Assembly: GCA_051362555.1 (NCBI GenBank)
Contig: CM120641.1
Location: 33,052,401-33,116,400 of the forward strand
Direction: 5' to 3'
Source: Lingula anatina
Taxonomy: Eukaryota > Animalia > Brachiopoda
Length of the DNA: 64,000 bases
The notes below the pieces were generated by a model. That model searched no databases. It saw nothing but the letters and a program-made list of their open reading frames with translations, and had not been told where the DNA came from. This document shows positions 37,601 to 52,688 of the stretch, one piece after another. Positions within the stretch are counted from its first letter, which is position 1, and each line of letters starts with the position of its first letter. The translations under genes were made by a program, and so were the position numbers.

Positions 37601-40600
37601 ATTTTTTCAATTAACTTATCCTAATACTACAAAAAAATAAAATTTACTAACCTTAGCTTGGATCCAAGAGTGAAGTCCATATCCGGGTGGGGTTGCTCAT
37701 CATCTTCTTTGTCCTGTAAACAGAAATGAAAAACTAGATAAGATTTTTTCAATTTACCCATCTCAGCACCCCAAAAAAATAAAATTTACTAACCTTAACT
37801 TGGATCCAAGTGTTAAGTCCATGTGCCGGGTGGGGTTGCGCATCATCTTCTTTATCCTGTAAAAAGAAATGAAAAACAAGATTAGATTTTTTTTTTAATT
37901 TACTCATCCCAATACTACAAAAAAATAAAATTTACTAACCTTAGCTTGGATCCAACAATAAAGTCCATGCCGGGTGGGGTTGCTCATCATCTTCTTTGTC
38001 CTGTAAAAATAAATGCAAAAAATAGATTAGTTTTTTCAATTTACCCATCTCAGCACATCAGAAAAATAAAATTTACTAACCTTAGCTTGGATCCAAGGGT
38101 GAAGTCCATGTACGGATGGGGTCGCTCATCATCTTCTTTGTCCTGTAAAAAGAAATGAAAAACAAGATTAGATTTGTTCAATTTAACCATCTCAACATCC
38201 CAAAAAACTAAAATTCACTAACCTTAGCTTGGATCCAAGAGTGAAGTCCATGTCCGGGTGGGGTCACTCATCATCTTCTTTGTCCTGTAAAAATAAACGA
38301 AAAAAAAGATTAGATTTTTTCAATTTACCCATCTCAGCACATCAGAAAAATAAAATTTACTAACCTTAGCTTGGATCCAAGAGGGAAGTCCATGTATGGA
38401 TGGGGTCGCTCATCTTCTTTGTCCTGTAAAAAGAAATGAAAAACAAGATTAGATTTTTTCAATTTACTCATCCCAATACTACAAAAAAATAAAATTTACT
38501 TACCTTAACTTGGATCCAAGAGTGAAGTCCATGTGCCGGGTGGGGTTGTGCATCATCTTCTTTGTCCTGTAAAAAGAAATGAAAAACAAGATTAGATTTT
38601 TTTTTAATTTACTCATCCCATTACTACAAAAAAATAAAATTTACTAACCTTAGCTTGGATCCAACAATGAAGTCCATGCCGGGTGGGGTTGCTCATCATC
38701 TTCTTTGTCCTGTAAAGGAAACGAAAAACTAGATTAGATTTTTTCAATTTACCCATCTCAGCACCCCAAAAAAATAAAATTCACTAACCTTAGCTTGGAT
38801 CCAAGAGTGAAGTCCATGCTGGGTGGGGTCGCTCATCATCTTCTTTGTCCTGTAAAAATAAATGAAAAAAATAGATTAGATTTTTTCAATTTACCCATCT
38901 CAGCACATCAGAAAAATAAAATTTACTAACCTTAGCTTGGATCCAAGGGTGAAGTCCATGTACGGGTGGGGTCGCTCATCATCTTCTTGATCCTGTAAAA
39001 AGAAACGAAAAACAAGATTAGATCTGTTCAATTTAACCATCCCAACATCCCAAAAAACTAAAATTCACTAACCTTAGCTTGGATCCAAGAGTGAAGTCCA
39101 TGTCCAGGTGGGGTCGCTCATCATCTTCTTTGTCCTGTAAAAAGAAATGAAAAACAAGATTAGATTTTTTCAATTTACTCATCCCAATACTACAAAAAAA
39201 TAAAATTTACTAACCTTAGCTTGGATCCAAGAGTGAAGTCCATATCCGGGTGGGGTTGCTCATCATCTTCTTTTTCCTGTAAAAAGAAATGAAAAACAAG
39301 ATTAGATTTTTTCAATTAACTTATCCCAATACTACAAAAAAATAAAATTTACTAACCTTAGCTTGGATCCAAGAGTGAAGTCCATATCCGGGTGGGGTCG
39401 CTCATCATCTTCTTTGTCCTGTAAACAGAAATGAAAAACTAGATAAGATTTTTTCAATTTACCCATCTCAGCACCCCAAAAAAATAAAATTTACTAACCT
39501 TAACTTGGATCCAAGTGTGAAGTCCATGTGCCGGGTTGGGTTGCGCATCATCTTCTTTATCCTGTAAAAAGAAATGAAAAACAAGATTAGATTTTTTTTA
39601 ATTTACTCATCCCAATACTACAAAAAAATAAAATTTACTAACCTTAGCTTGGATCCAACAATGAAGTCCATGCCGGGTGGGGTCGCTCATCATCTTCTTT
39701 GTCCTGTAAAAATAAACGAAAAAAACGATTAGATTTTTTCAATTTACCCATCTGAGCACATCAGAAAACTAAAATTCACTAACCTTAGCTTGGATCCAAG
39801 AGGGAAGTCCATGTACGGCTGGGGTCGCTCATCATCTTCTTTGTCCTTTAAAAAGAAATGAAAAACAAGATTAGATTTGTTCAATTTAACCATCTCAACA
39901 TCCCAAAAATCTAAAATTCACTAACCTTAGCTTGGATCCAAGAGTGAAGTCCATGTCCGGGTGGGGTCGCTCATCATCTTCTTTGTCCTGTAAAAAGAAA
40001 TGAAAAACAAGATTAGATTTTTTCAATTTACTCATCCCAATACTACAAAAAAACAAAATTTACTAACCTTAGCTTGGATCCAAGAGGGAAGTCCATGTAC
40101 GGATGGGGTCGCTCATCATCTTCTTTGTCCTGTAAAAAGAAATGTAAAACAAGATTAGATTTTTTCAATTTACTCATCCCAATACTACAAAAAAATAAAA
40201 TTTACTAACCTTGGCTTGGCTCCAAGAGGGAAGTCCATGTACGGATGGGGTCGCTCATCATCTTCTTTGTCCTGTAAAAAGAAATGAAAAACAACATTAG
40301 ATTTTTTCAATTTACTCATCCCATTAGTACAAAAAAAAATTTACTAACCTTAGCTTGGCTCCAAGAGTGAAGTCCATGTCCCGGTGGGGTTGCGCATCAT
40401 CTTCTTCGTCCTGTAAAAAGAAACGAAAAAGTAGAGAATTTTTTCAATTTACCCATCTCAGCACCCCAAAAAAATAAAATGTACCAACCTTAACTTGGAT
40501 CCAAGAGTGAAGTCCATGTGCCGGAAGGGGTTGCGCATCATCTTCTTTGTCCTGTAAAAAGAAATGAAAAACAAGATTAGATTTTTTTTTTAATTTACTC

Positions 40601-43600
40601 ATCCCAATACTACAAAAAAATAAAATTTACTAACCTTAGCTTGGATCCAACAATGAAGTCCATGCCCGGTGGGGTCGCTCATCATCTTCTTTGTCCTGTA
40701 AAAATAAATGAAAAAAATAGATTAGATTTTTTCAATTTAACCATCCCAACATCCCAAAAAACTAAAATTCACTAACCTTAACTTGGATCCAAGAGTGAAG
40801 TCCATGTGCCGGGTGGGGTTGCGCATCATCTTCTTTGTCCTGTAAAAAGAAATGAAAAACAAGATTAGATTTTTTTTAATTTACTCATCCCAATACTACA
40901 AAAAAATAAAATTTACTAACCTTAGCTTGGATCCAACAATGAAGTCCATGTACAGGTGGGGTCGCTCATCATCTTCTTTGTCCTGTAAAAAGAAACGAAA
41001 AACAAGATTAGATCTGTTCAATTTAACCATCCCAACATCCCAAAAAACTAAAATTCACTAACCTTAGCTTGGATCCAAGAGTGAAGTCCATGTCCAGGAG
41101 GGGTCGCTCATCATCTTCTTTGTCCTGTAAAAAGAAATGAAAAACAAGATTAGATTTTTTCAATTTACTCATCCCAATACTACAAAAAAATAAAATTTAC
41201 TAACCTTAGCTTGGATCCAAGAGTGAAGTCCATATCCGGGTGGGGTTCCTCATCATCTTCTTTTTCCTGTAAAAAGAAATGAAAAACAAGATTAGATTTT
41301 TTCAATTTACTTTTCCCAATACTACAAAAAAATAAAATTTACTAACCTTAGCTTAGATCCAACAATGAAGTCCATGCCAGGTGGGGGTCGCTCATCATCT
41401 TCTTTGTCCTGTAAAAAGAAATGAAAAACAAGATTAGATTTGTTCAATTTAACCATCCCAACATCCCAAAAAACTAAAATTCACTAACCTTAGCTTGGAT
41501 CCAAGAGTGAAGTCCATGTCTGGGTAGGGTCGCTCATCATCTTCTTTGTCCTGTAAAAAGAAATAAAAAAACAAGATTAGATTTTTTCAATTTACTCATC
41601 CCAATAGTACAAAAAAATAAAATTTACTAACCTTAGCTTGGATCCAACAATGAAGTCCATGCCAGGTGGGGGTCGCTCATCATCTTCTTTGTCCTGTAAA
41701 AAGAAATGAAAAACTAGATTAGATTTTTCAATTTACCCATCTCAGCACATCAGAAAAAATAAAATTTACTAACCTTAGCTTGGCCTAAGAGTGAAGTCCA
41801 TGTCCCGGTGGGGTTGTGCATCATCTTCTTCGTACTGTAAAAAGAAATGAAAAACTAGATAAGATTTTTTCAATTTACCCATCTCAGCAACCCAAAAATA
41901 TAAAATTTACTAACCTTAGCTTGGATCCAAGAGTGAAGTCCATGCCGGGTGGGGTTGCGCATCATCTTCTTTGTCCTGTAAAAAGAAATGAAAAACAAGA
42001 TTAGATTTTTTCAATTAACTCATCCCAATACTACAAAAAAATAAAATTTACTAACCTTAACTTGGATCCAAGAGTGAAATCCATGTCCGGGTGGGGTTGC
42101 TCATCATCTTCTTTGTCCTGTAAAAAGAAATGAAAAACAAGATTAGATTTTTTCAATTTACTCATCCCAATACTACCAAAAAATAAAATTTACTAACCTT
42201 GGCTTGGCTCCAAGAGTGAAGTCCATGTCCCGGTGGGGTTGCGCATCATCTTCTTTGTCGTGTAAAAAGAAATTAAAAACAAGATTAGATTTTTTTTTAA
42301 ATTTACTCATCCCATTACTACCAAAAAATAAAATTTACTAACCTTAGCTTGGATCCAACAATGAAGTCCATGCCGGGTGGGGTCGCTCATCATCTTCTTT
42401 GTCCTGTAAAGGAAACGAAAAACTAGATTTGATTTTTTCAATTTACCCATCTCAGCACCCCAAAAAAATAGAATTTACTAACCTTGGCTTGGCTATAAGA
42501 GTGAAGTCCATGTCCCGTTGGGGTTGTGCATCATCTTCTTTGTCCTGTAAAAAGAAACGAAAAACTAGATAAGATTTTTTCAATTTACCCATCTCAGCAC
42601 CCCAAAAAAATAAAATTTACTAACCTTAACTTGGATCCAAGAGTGAAGTCCATGTCCCGGGTGGGGTTGTGCATCATCTTCTTTGTCCTGTAAAAAGAAA
42701 TGAAAAACAAGATTAGATTTTTTTTTAATTTACTCATCCCATTACTCCAAAAAAATAAAATTTACTAACCTTAGCTTGGATACAAGGGTGAAGTCCATGT
42801 ACGGGTGGGGTCGCTCATCATCTTCTTGATCCTGTAAAAAGAAACGAAAAACAAGATTAGATCTGTTCAATTTAACCATCCCAACATCCCAAAAAACTAA
42901 AATTCACTAACCTTAGCTTGGATCCAAGAGTGAAGTCCATGTCCAGGTGGGGTTGCTCATCATCTTCTTTGTCCTGTAAAAAGAAATGAAAAACAAGATT
43001 AGATTTTTTCAATTTACTCATCCCAATACTACAAAAAAATAAAATTTACTAACCTTAGCTTGGATCCAAGAGTGAAGTCCATATCCGGGTGGGGTTGCTC
43101 ATCATCTCCTTTCTCCTGTAAAAAGAAATTTAAAACAAGATTAGATTTCTTCAATTAAACCAACCTAACAACCCAAAAAACTAAAATTCACTAACCTTAG
43201 CTTGGCTCCAAGAGTGAAGTCCATGTCCTGGTGGGGTTGCGCATCAACTTCTTTGTCCTGTAAAAAGAAACGAAAAACTACATTAGATTTTTTAAATTTA
43301 CCAATCTCAGCATCCCAAAAAAATAAAATTTACTAACCTTAGCTTGGATCCAAGGGTGAAGTCCATGCCGGGTGGGGTCGCCCATCATCTTCTTTGTCTT
43401 GTAAAAGAAACGAAAAACTAGATTAGATTTTTTCAATTTACCCATCTCAGCACCCCAAAAAAATAAAATTTACTAACCTTAGCTTGGATCCAAGAGGGAA
43501 GTCCATGTTCAGGTGGGGTTGCTCATCATCTTCTTTGTCCTGTAAAAAGAAATGAAAAAAATAGATTAGATTTTTTCAGTTTACTCATCCCAATACTACA

Positions 43601-46600
43601 AAAAAATAAAATTTACTAACCTTAGCTTGGATCCAAGAGTGAAGTCCATATCCGGGTGGGGTTGCTCATCATCTTCTTTTTCCTGTAAAAAGAAATGAAA
43701 AACAAGATAAGATTTTTTCAATTTACTTATCCCAATACTACAAAAAAATAAAATTTACTAACCTTAGCTTGGATCCAAGAGTGAAGTCCATGTGCGGGTG
43801 GGGTCGCTCATCATCTTCTTTGTCCTGTAAAAATAAATGAAAAAAATAGATTAGATTTTTTCAATTTACCCATCTCAGCACATCAGAAAAATAAAATTTA
43901 CTAACTTTAGCTTGGATCCAAGAGGGAAGTCCATGTCCGGGTGGGGTCGCTCATCATCTCATTTCTCCTGTAAAAAGAAACGAAAAACAAGAGTAGATTT
44001 CTTCAATTAAACCAACCTAACAACCCAAAAAAATAAAATTTACTAACCTTAGCTTGGCTCCAAGAGTGAAGTCCATGTCCTGGTGGGGTTGCGCATCAAC
44101 TTCTTTGTCCTGTAAAAAGAAACGAAAAACTACATTAGATTTTTTTAATTTACCAATCTCAGCACCCCAAAAAAATAAAATTTACTAACCTTAGCTTGGA
44201 TCCAAGGGTGAAGTCCATGCCGGGTGGGGTCGCCCATCATCTTCTTTGTCTTGTAAAAGAAACGAAAAACTAGATTAGATTTTTTCAATTTACCCATCTC
44301 AGCACCCCAAAAAAAATAAAATTTACTAACCTTAGCTTGGATCCAAGAGGGAAGTCCATGTTCAGGTGGGGTTGCTCATCATCTTCTTTGTCCTGTAAAA
44401 AGAAATGAAAAAAATAGATTAGATTTTTTCAGTTTACTCATCCCAATACTACAAAAAAAATAAAGTTTACTAACCTTAGCTTGGCTCCAAGGGTGAAGTC
44501 CATGTCCCGGTGGGGTTGCGCATCATCTTCTTTGTCCTGTAAAAATAAATGAAAAAAATAGATTAGATTTTTTCAATTTACCCATCTCAGCACCCCAAAA
44601 AAATAAAATTCACTAACCTTAGCTTGGATCCAAGAGTGAAGTCCATGCCGGGTTGGGTCGCTCATCATCTTTTTTGTCCTGTAAAAAGAAATGAAAAAAA
44701 TAGATTAGATTTTTTCAATTTACCCATCTCAGCACATCAGAAAAATAAAATTTACTAACCTTAGCTTGGATCAAGAGTGAAGTCTATGTCCGGGTGGGGT
44801 CGCTCATCATCTTCTTTGTCCTGTAAAAAGAAATGAAAAACAAGATTAGATTTTTTCAATTTACTCATCCCAATACTACAAAAAAATAAAATTTACTAAC
44901 CTTAGCTTGGATCCAAGAGTGAAGTCCATATCCGGGTGGGGTTGCTCATCATCTTCTTTTTCCTGTAAAAAGAAATGAAAAACAAGATAAGATTTTTTCA
45001 ATTTACTTATCCCAATACTACAAAAAAATAAAATTTACTAACCTTAGCTTGGATCCAAGAGTGAAGTCCATGTGCGGGTGGGGTCGCTCATCATCTTCTT
45101 TGTCCTGTAAAAATAAATGAAAAAAATAGATTAGATTTTTTCAATTTACCCATCTCAGCACATCAGAAAAATAAAATTTACTAACTTTAGCTTGGATCCA
45201 AGAGGGAAGTCCATGTCCGGGTGGGGTCGCTCATCATCTCATTTCTCCTGTAAAAAGAAACGAAAAACAAGAGTAGATTTCTTCAATTAAACCAACCTAA
45301 CAACCCAAAAAAATAAAATTTACTAACCTTAGCTTGGCTCCAAGAGTGAAGTCCATGTCCTGGTGGGGTTGCGCATCAACCTCTTTGTCCTGTAAAAAAA
45401 AACGAAAAACTAGATTAGATTTTTTAAATTTACCCATCTCAGCACATTAGAAAAATAAAATTAACTAACCTTAGCTTGGATCCAAGAGGGAAGTCCATGT
45501 ACGGGTGGGGTTGCTCATCATCTTCTTTGTCCTGTAAAAAGAAATGAAAAACTAGATTAGATTTTTCAATTTACCCATCTCAGCACATCAGAAAAATAAA
45601 ATTTACTAACCTTAGCTTGGCCTAAGAGTGAAGTCCATGTCCCGGTGGGGTTGTGCATCATCTTCTTCGTACTGTAAAAAGAAATGAAAAACTAGATAAG
45701 ATTTTTTCAATTTACCCATCTCAGCAACCCAAAAATATAAAATTTACTAACCTTAGCTTGGATCCAAGAGTGAAGTCCATGCCGGGTGGGGTTGCGCATC
45801 ATCTTCTTTGTCCTGTAAAAAGAAATGAAAAACAAGATTAGATTTTTTTAATTTACCCATCTCAGCACCTCAAAAAAATAAAATTTACTAACCTTAGCTT
45901 GGATCCAAGAGGGATGTCCATGTTCGGGTGGGGTCACTCATCATCTTCTTTGTCCTGTAAAAATAAACGAAAAAAAAAGATTAGATTTTTTCAATTTACC
46001 CATCTCAGCACATCAGAAAAATAAAATTTACTAACCTTAACTTGGATCCAAGAGTGAAATCCATGTCCGGGTGGGGTTGCTCATCATCTTCTTTGTCCTG
46101 TAAAAAGAAATGAAAAACAAGATTAGATTTTTTCAATTTACTCATCCCAATACTACAAAAAAATAAAATTTACTAACCTTGGCTTGGCTCCAAGAGTGAA
46201 GTCCATGTCCCGGTGGGGTTGCGCATCATCTTCTTTGTCGTGTAAAAAGAAATTAAAAACAAGATTAGATTTTTTTTAAATTTACTCATCCCATTACTAC
46301 CAAAAAATAAAATTTACTAACCTTAGCTTGGATCCAACAATGAAGTCCATGCCGGGTGGGGTCGCTCATCATCTTCTTTGTCCTGTAAAGGAAACGAAAA
46401 ACTAGATTAGATTTTTTCAATTTACCCATCTCAGCACCCCAAAAAAATAGAATTTACTAACCTTGGCTTGGCTATAAGAGTGAAGTCCATGTCCCGTTGG
46501 GGTTGTGCATCATCTTCTTTGTCCTGTAAAAAGAAATGAAAAACTAGATAAGATTTTTTCAATTTACCCATCTCAGCACCCCAAAAAAATAAAATTTACT

Positions 46601-48847
46601 AACCTTAACTTGGATCCAAGAGTGAAGTCCATGTGCCGGGTGGGGTTGCGCATCATCTTCTTTGTCCTGTAAAAAGAAATGAAAAACAAGATTAGATTTT
46701 TTTTTAATTTACTCATCCCATTACTACAAAAAAATAAAATTTACTAACCTTAGCTTGGATCCAAGAGTGAAGTCCATATCCGGGTGGGGTTGCTCATCAT
46801 CTCCTTTCTCCTGTAAAAAGAAATGAAAAACAAGATTAGATTTCTTCAATTAAACCAACCTAACAACCCAAAAAACTAAAATTCACTAACCTTAGCTTGG
46901 CTCCAAGAGTGAAGTCCATGTCCTGGTGGGGTTGCGCATCAACTTCTTTGTCCTGTAAAAAGAAACGAAAAACTACATTAGATTTTTTTAATTTACCAAT
47001 CTCAGCACCCCAAAAAAATAAAATTTACTAACCTTAGCTTGGATCCAAGGGTGAAGTCCATGCCGGGTGGGGTCGCCCATCATCTTCTTTGTCTTGTAAA
47101 AGAAACGAAAAACTAGATTAGATTTTTTCAATTTACCCATCTCAGCACCCCAAAAAAATAAAATTTACTAACCTTAGCTTGGATCCAAGAGGGAAGTCCA
47201 TGTCCAGGTGGGGTTGCTCATCATCTTCTTTGTCCTGTAAAAAGAAATGAAAAAAATAGATTAGATTTTTTCAGTTTACTCATCCCAATACTACAAAAAA
47301 AATAAAGTTTACTAACCTTAGCTTGGCTCCAAGGGTGAAGTCCATGTCCCGGTGGGGTTGCGCATCATCTTCTTTGTCCTGTAAAAATAAATGAAAAAAA
47401 TAGATTAGATTTTTTCAATTTACCCATCTCAGCACCCCAAAAAAATAAAATTCACTAACCTTAGCTTGGATCCAAGAGTGAAGTCCATGCCGGGTTGGGT
47501 CGCTCATCATCTTCTTTGTCCTGTAAAAAGAAATGAAAAAAATAGATTAGATTTTTTCAATTTACCCATCTCAGCACATCAGAAAAATAAAATTTACTAA
47601 CCTTAGCTTGGATCAAGAGTGAAGTCTATGTCCGGGTGGGGTCGCTCATCATCTTCTTTGTCCTGTAAAAAGAAATGAAAAACAAGATTAGATTTTTTCA
47701 ATTTACTCATCCCAATACTACAAAAAAATAAAATTTACTAACCTTAGCTTGGATCCAAGAGTGAAGTCCATATCCGGGTGGGGTTGCTCATCATCTTCTT
47801 TTTCCTGTAAAAAGAAATGAAAAACAAGATAAGATTTTTTCAATTTACTTATCCCAATACTACAAAAAAATAAAATTTACTAACCTTGGCTTGGATCCAA
47901 GAGTGAAGTCCATGTGCGGGTGGGGTCGCTCATCATCTTCTTTGTCCTGTAAAAATAAATGAAAAAAATAGATTAGATTTTTTCAATTTACCCATCTCAG
48001 CACATCAGAAAAATAAAATTTACTAACTTTAGCTTGGATCCAAGAGGGAAGTCCATGTCCGGGTGGGGTCGCTCATCATCTCATTTCTCCTGTAAAAAGA
48101 AACGAAAAACAAGATTATATTTCTTCAATTAAACCAACCTAACAACCCAAAAAAATAAAATTTACTAACCTTAGCTTGGCTCCAAGAGTGAAGTCCATGT
48201 CCTGGTGGGGTTGCGCATCAACCTCTTTGTCCTGTAAAAAAAAACGAAAAACTAGATTAGATTTTTTAAATTTACCCATCTCAGCACATTAGAAAAATAA
48301 AATTAACTAACCTTAGCTTGGATCCAAGAGGGAAGTCCATGTACGGGTGGGGTTGCTCATCATCTTCTTTGTCCTGTAAAAAGAAATGAAAAACTAGATT
48401 AGATTTTTCAATTTAACCATCTCAGCACCCCAAAAAAATAGAATTTACTAACCTTGGCTTGGCTATAAGAGTGAAGTCCATGTCCCGTTGGGGTTGTGCA
48501 TCATCTTCTTTGTCCTGTAAAAAGAAACGAAAAACTAGATAAGATTTTTTCAATTTACCCATCTCAGCACCCCAAAAAAATAAAATTTACTAACCTTAAC
48601 TTGGATCCAAGAGTGAAGTCCATGTGCCGGGTGGGGTTGCGCATCATCTTCTTTGTCCTGTAAAAAGAAATGAAAAACAAGATTAGATTTTTTTTTAATT
48701 TACTCATCCCATTACTACAAAAAAAATAAAATTTACTAACCTTAGCTTGGATCCAAGAGTGAAGTCCATATCCGGGTGGGGTTGCTCATCATCTCCTTTC
48801 TCCTGTAAAAAGAAATGAAAAACAAGATTAGATTTCTTCAATTAAAC

Positions 48848-51800
48848 CAAGGAGTTATAACAGAAGGAGATTACACGCGTGGGGGCGGAGCCCGTATTAC
48901 GGTCTCTCATTGGTCGGAATGAATAGAACCCAGAGAACAATAGATGCCTATCTCTGTTACGCTTAATTGCTACTCTCGTTTAAATCTCGTTTGTTAGTAT
49001 CTGTGCCTTCGTCTGTTGATTTTTGAGGACAGACACAGAAACGGAGTCCCAAGTTTCTAAAAAATGAGAGAAATACAGAATTTATATGATATTACGTTGG
49101 ACAAGATTTTCAAAAAACAGGTAAGTGCTTTTAAATGCATAACTACACGAAATATGAAGATAAATTGCAACTTTTATGTCGTAGGGTCTCACTGTGTAAG
49201 TGTCCAGCTACACGTTGATCTCGCGAGGTGGTGTGTGGAGAATAAATATTGCACGAAAAATACTTCCCACTCATAACAAGTGCCTATAAATATAGTATCA
49301 GATGAAGAAAGTTTGGTCTTTATACAGTTGCAATTGTTAAGTAATTTGTGGCAATAGCAAAGAATAAAACTTAGGTGCACTTTCAGTAGCCGAATAACAA
49401 GCAGATGCTTAAGCCGCCATCTTGTTAATATTTCGAAAAAAAAATTACTCCAAAAGACATTTTCCTCCTACTTTTTGAAACTTGTGTCACATGACAGTCA
49501 TAAAATTTAACTAATTGTTGTGTGCAACACACTTGCTTGAGCAGTATTGTTTTTTTTTTGCGATTTTACATGTGGTCTAGCTTGGATACGACAATTGACA
49601 ATTTTCATGAGTTCCGATCAAAAAGTGTTACGCTTGTTACGGCCAAAAGCCTTACCGCTTTTTGTACTTTTCAAATGCAAGATTAAAAAAAAATTTGGTG
49701 TGTTTAGATTCTTGAACATCTTGGTCGTGGCGTGGTATATATTGCATGGGTATTGCTCCAATATTTCTTGAAAAAAATAACCTGATTTGTTCAGAATACC
49801 AATTTTTTACTCTAGTGTTATGGGTAAATGTACCATTTTGGCCTTTACCTTTTTCGTGTTTAAAACTAAAAAGACTTATCATGACAGTTGGTCATCATTT
49901 TTCTTCTCACCATGATGGGTGGCTTTGGAGTGGTAACTTTGTTGTTAAAGTAAGGTGCTCAGTTATTTTGACTGGAAAAGTTTTGCCTCCACCCAGCATT
50001 TTCCATCATGGCGGTCCAGTATCTTTGGTATAGTTATTTTAAACTTATTTAGTCTTCCTTTTACATATATATGTTTTAATTCATATTAAACCTTTGAAAA
50101 AAGAACACACATGAATCCTGGTGCTGTCTTAATTTAAAGTCTTAAGGTTTTAAGTTCACCTAGGCTCCACCAATTACTCTACCTGTTATCTCACTACACA
50201 TCTCCCTTTGGGTCAAGGTGTGTAAGACACACCTTATTGTGTAAGACACCTCTATAATTAAGGGTACTTGCTTCTCTACTTTAATTATACTTCACTACTT
50301 TGGCATGTTAGGTGGCAAGCTTGGATGTTTCAGTTCATTTTAAGAAAGAAGCTTTGCCTTGGTGGTTACAAAAGAATAGAACTCTATTAAGGTTTATTCA
50401 TTACTTGAAAGTAAATATTTCATCTTGCAGTGTTGAAACAGAAATTCTCTCAAAATTGATAATGAATTTTACATGCTTATCTTAACACTGCTCAAGTTTT
50501 TTTCCCTTCTATTATAGATATGGGAGAAGGCTACATTGAATGTATGAATTATGGTCAGGCTGGAAAAAATTAAAAAATGTCAATGAAAAAAGGAGGTCAG
50601 CATGTCTGGGGTAAGTTACTTTTCTCATAATGCCTACGATGCATTAAACATTCACTAACAACAGTACCCTTTTTTTTTAATTTTTTTCAAAATACAACAA
50701 CCTTGGGCATTTTCCTTTTAGCAACCGGCCTCTCTGAAATCCCCTTTTTGTCCTGTCAGAAGAGTAGGAACCAGGGCGGATTTAAATAATTTCTTGTAAT
50801 AAGTACAATTTCTTTCAATTTCTTGGAGTTATTAGCTTGTGATCATGAATCTTGATATTCTACATAAATTTAGTTGTAAATTGTTCATTTATGTGGTGAA
50901 CATTATTTCAGTCAAGTCATAACAAGATACATTAAACTTCACTGCGTAATTCCATAATGTCTACATGGATACTAGTAGTTCATAATGCTATTATGATGTT
51001 TGTTTTTTTCTAACCTACAGGTTTCTCTCTTTTCTGAGTGGCATGGCATTGGCAGGCAGAAGAAAAGGTCCTGAAGAAATTCTCACTTGAGTTGTCCTTT
51101 TTGGAGAAGAAACTGGATAAGACTGGCCAACAGAGATTGCATTAAATTAATAGTGCTCCTTCATGACATTTTAAAATATTTTCAGTCACCTTACTGATTC
51201 TATACATTTCAAAAGTTGACATAAATTTTATGTTACTGTCACGTGGAAAAAAATTCAAAACCTATATATAATTTGTTGAGTGCCATGGTATAACAGTCTA
51301 CTTGATTGCAAGTAAAATTTGGACTGTTTCAGTGAAATTTCTTTAAAGCAGTTAATTTTTTCAGCTGTAACATGTACTCCAGTTCATTTTATAAATGTTC
51401 TTACTAAGTGTTGTCTTTACTTATAATTACCTTTTGAAAATCCCATGTTTTTTATCCTATTTGTAAGAATTAGCCACTTCTAGGTTTTTTTTTCATCCAG
51501 CCCATTAGATTCTCAGACCTTGCTGGCCTGTGAGTGGAATAGTATCTGGCACAGACTGGTATCAGCAAGTCAGATAAAAAAGAATATAATTATTTCTATT
51601 TGCACGGTTGAAAAAATGCCAACATAGACTGCATAAAACTGGAAAACTATAGCAACTTAATCATTCTTATGACTTCATTAATTACTGCTTATGTGTAAAA
51701 TTTTGTTTTTGTTCTTCTATTGATATAATAAAATGGTTTTACTCACAGATGCTACTATCATGATGCTTGAGTATAGAGTTGACTTAAAAGATATTTTAAG

Positions 51801-52688
51801 TTAATATAGTAAATAATAGTTTGAAATTAAAAATTCTCATCTTTATTTGTTTCACTTTAAAAAGCTCAGTTAATACTAAAATTTCTGATATATTTTGTAC
51901 ATAAATATATTTATGAATGAATATTCTTAATGTTTAGCACTGTGTACTTGTTTACCGACAAATATGAAGTGTTAGTATGTGTAAAAATAATCCTAAAAAA
52001 AAGGGAGATTTCCAAGATAAAGAAATTTATAACGAGTATTTAGTAAATTGACATGTCGTGGCATTGCTTCAACCTTTGATTAAAATTTCACTTCAATGCA
52101 TTAGGATATTAAAATTATACCGAGTGAGAGAAAAAAAATACTTAAAGAAATTTAAAACCATGCAGTCACAAAGCTTAGGCACTGTCTCAATGTATATGTT
52201 TATGGGACCCAAGGGCAGGAGGGTCCAAACGTTTATGTATTAATATTATGTTCTTTGGCAGTGAGGACAGACGTTCACTTGAATGTCATTTTCACAAACC
52301 ACAGTTGGGACGTTTTCTTTTGACTTATCCTTGGTGATTTTTCACTGTGTTGTGCAAAAGAAAAGCCATCTATCTCTGACTCAAAAAAACTCATGGCGAC
52401 CATCCTCAGTCACCACCTTAAAATCGCTTTCTATGATATCGTTCCCTCCCAGCACATCGTCCAAATAACTACCTGTGAAAAAAATCGTCAGCATACAGCG
52501 CCGCTGTGACACTACTGATTTCGAATTCTAACGCGAAATAACGCATATAAAATCAATCTCCGAGCGGAGGAGAGCGACCCAGACGAAACCTTGAGACAGG
52601 AGGCCCCCCGTAGCTAGCTCCGCCCACCGTAACAGACATCGGACAATAGAGAAGCTTGCGTGTAATCTCCTTCTGTTATAACTCCTTG
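48848..52688. mobile_element. Non-autonomous TIR DNA transposon, P-element-like
   Basis: Perfect 31-bp TIR CAAGGAGTTATAACAGAAGGAGATTACACGC; 7-bp TSD ATTAAAC (48841-48847 / 52689-52695) confirmed by empty sister monomers; no transposase ORF. Superfamily inferred from CAAGG ends and TSD length. Confidence 0.88.
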
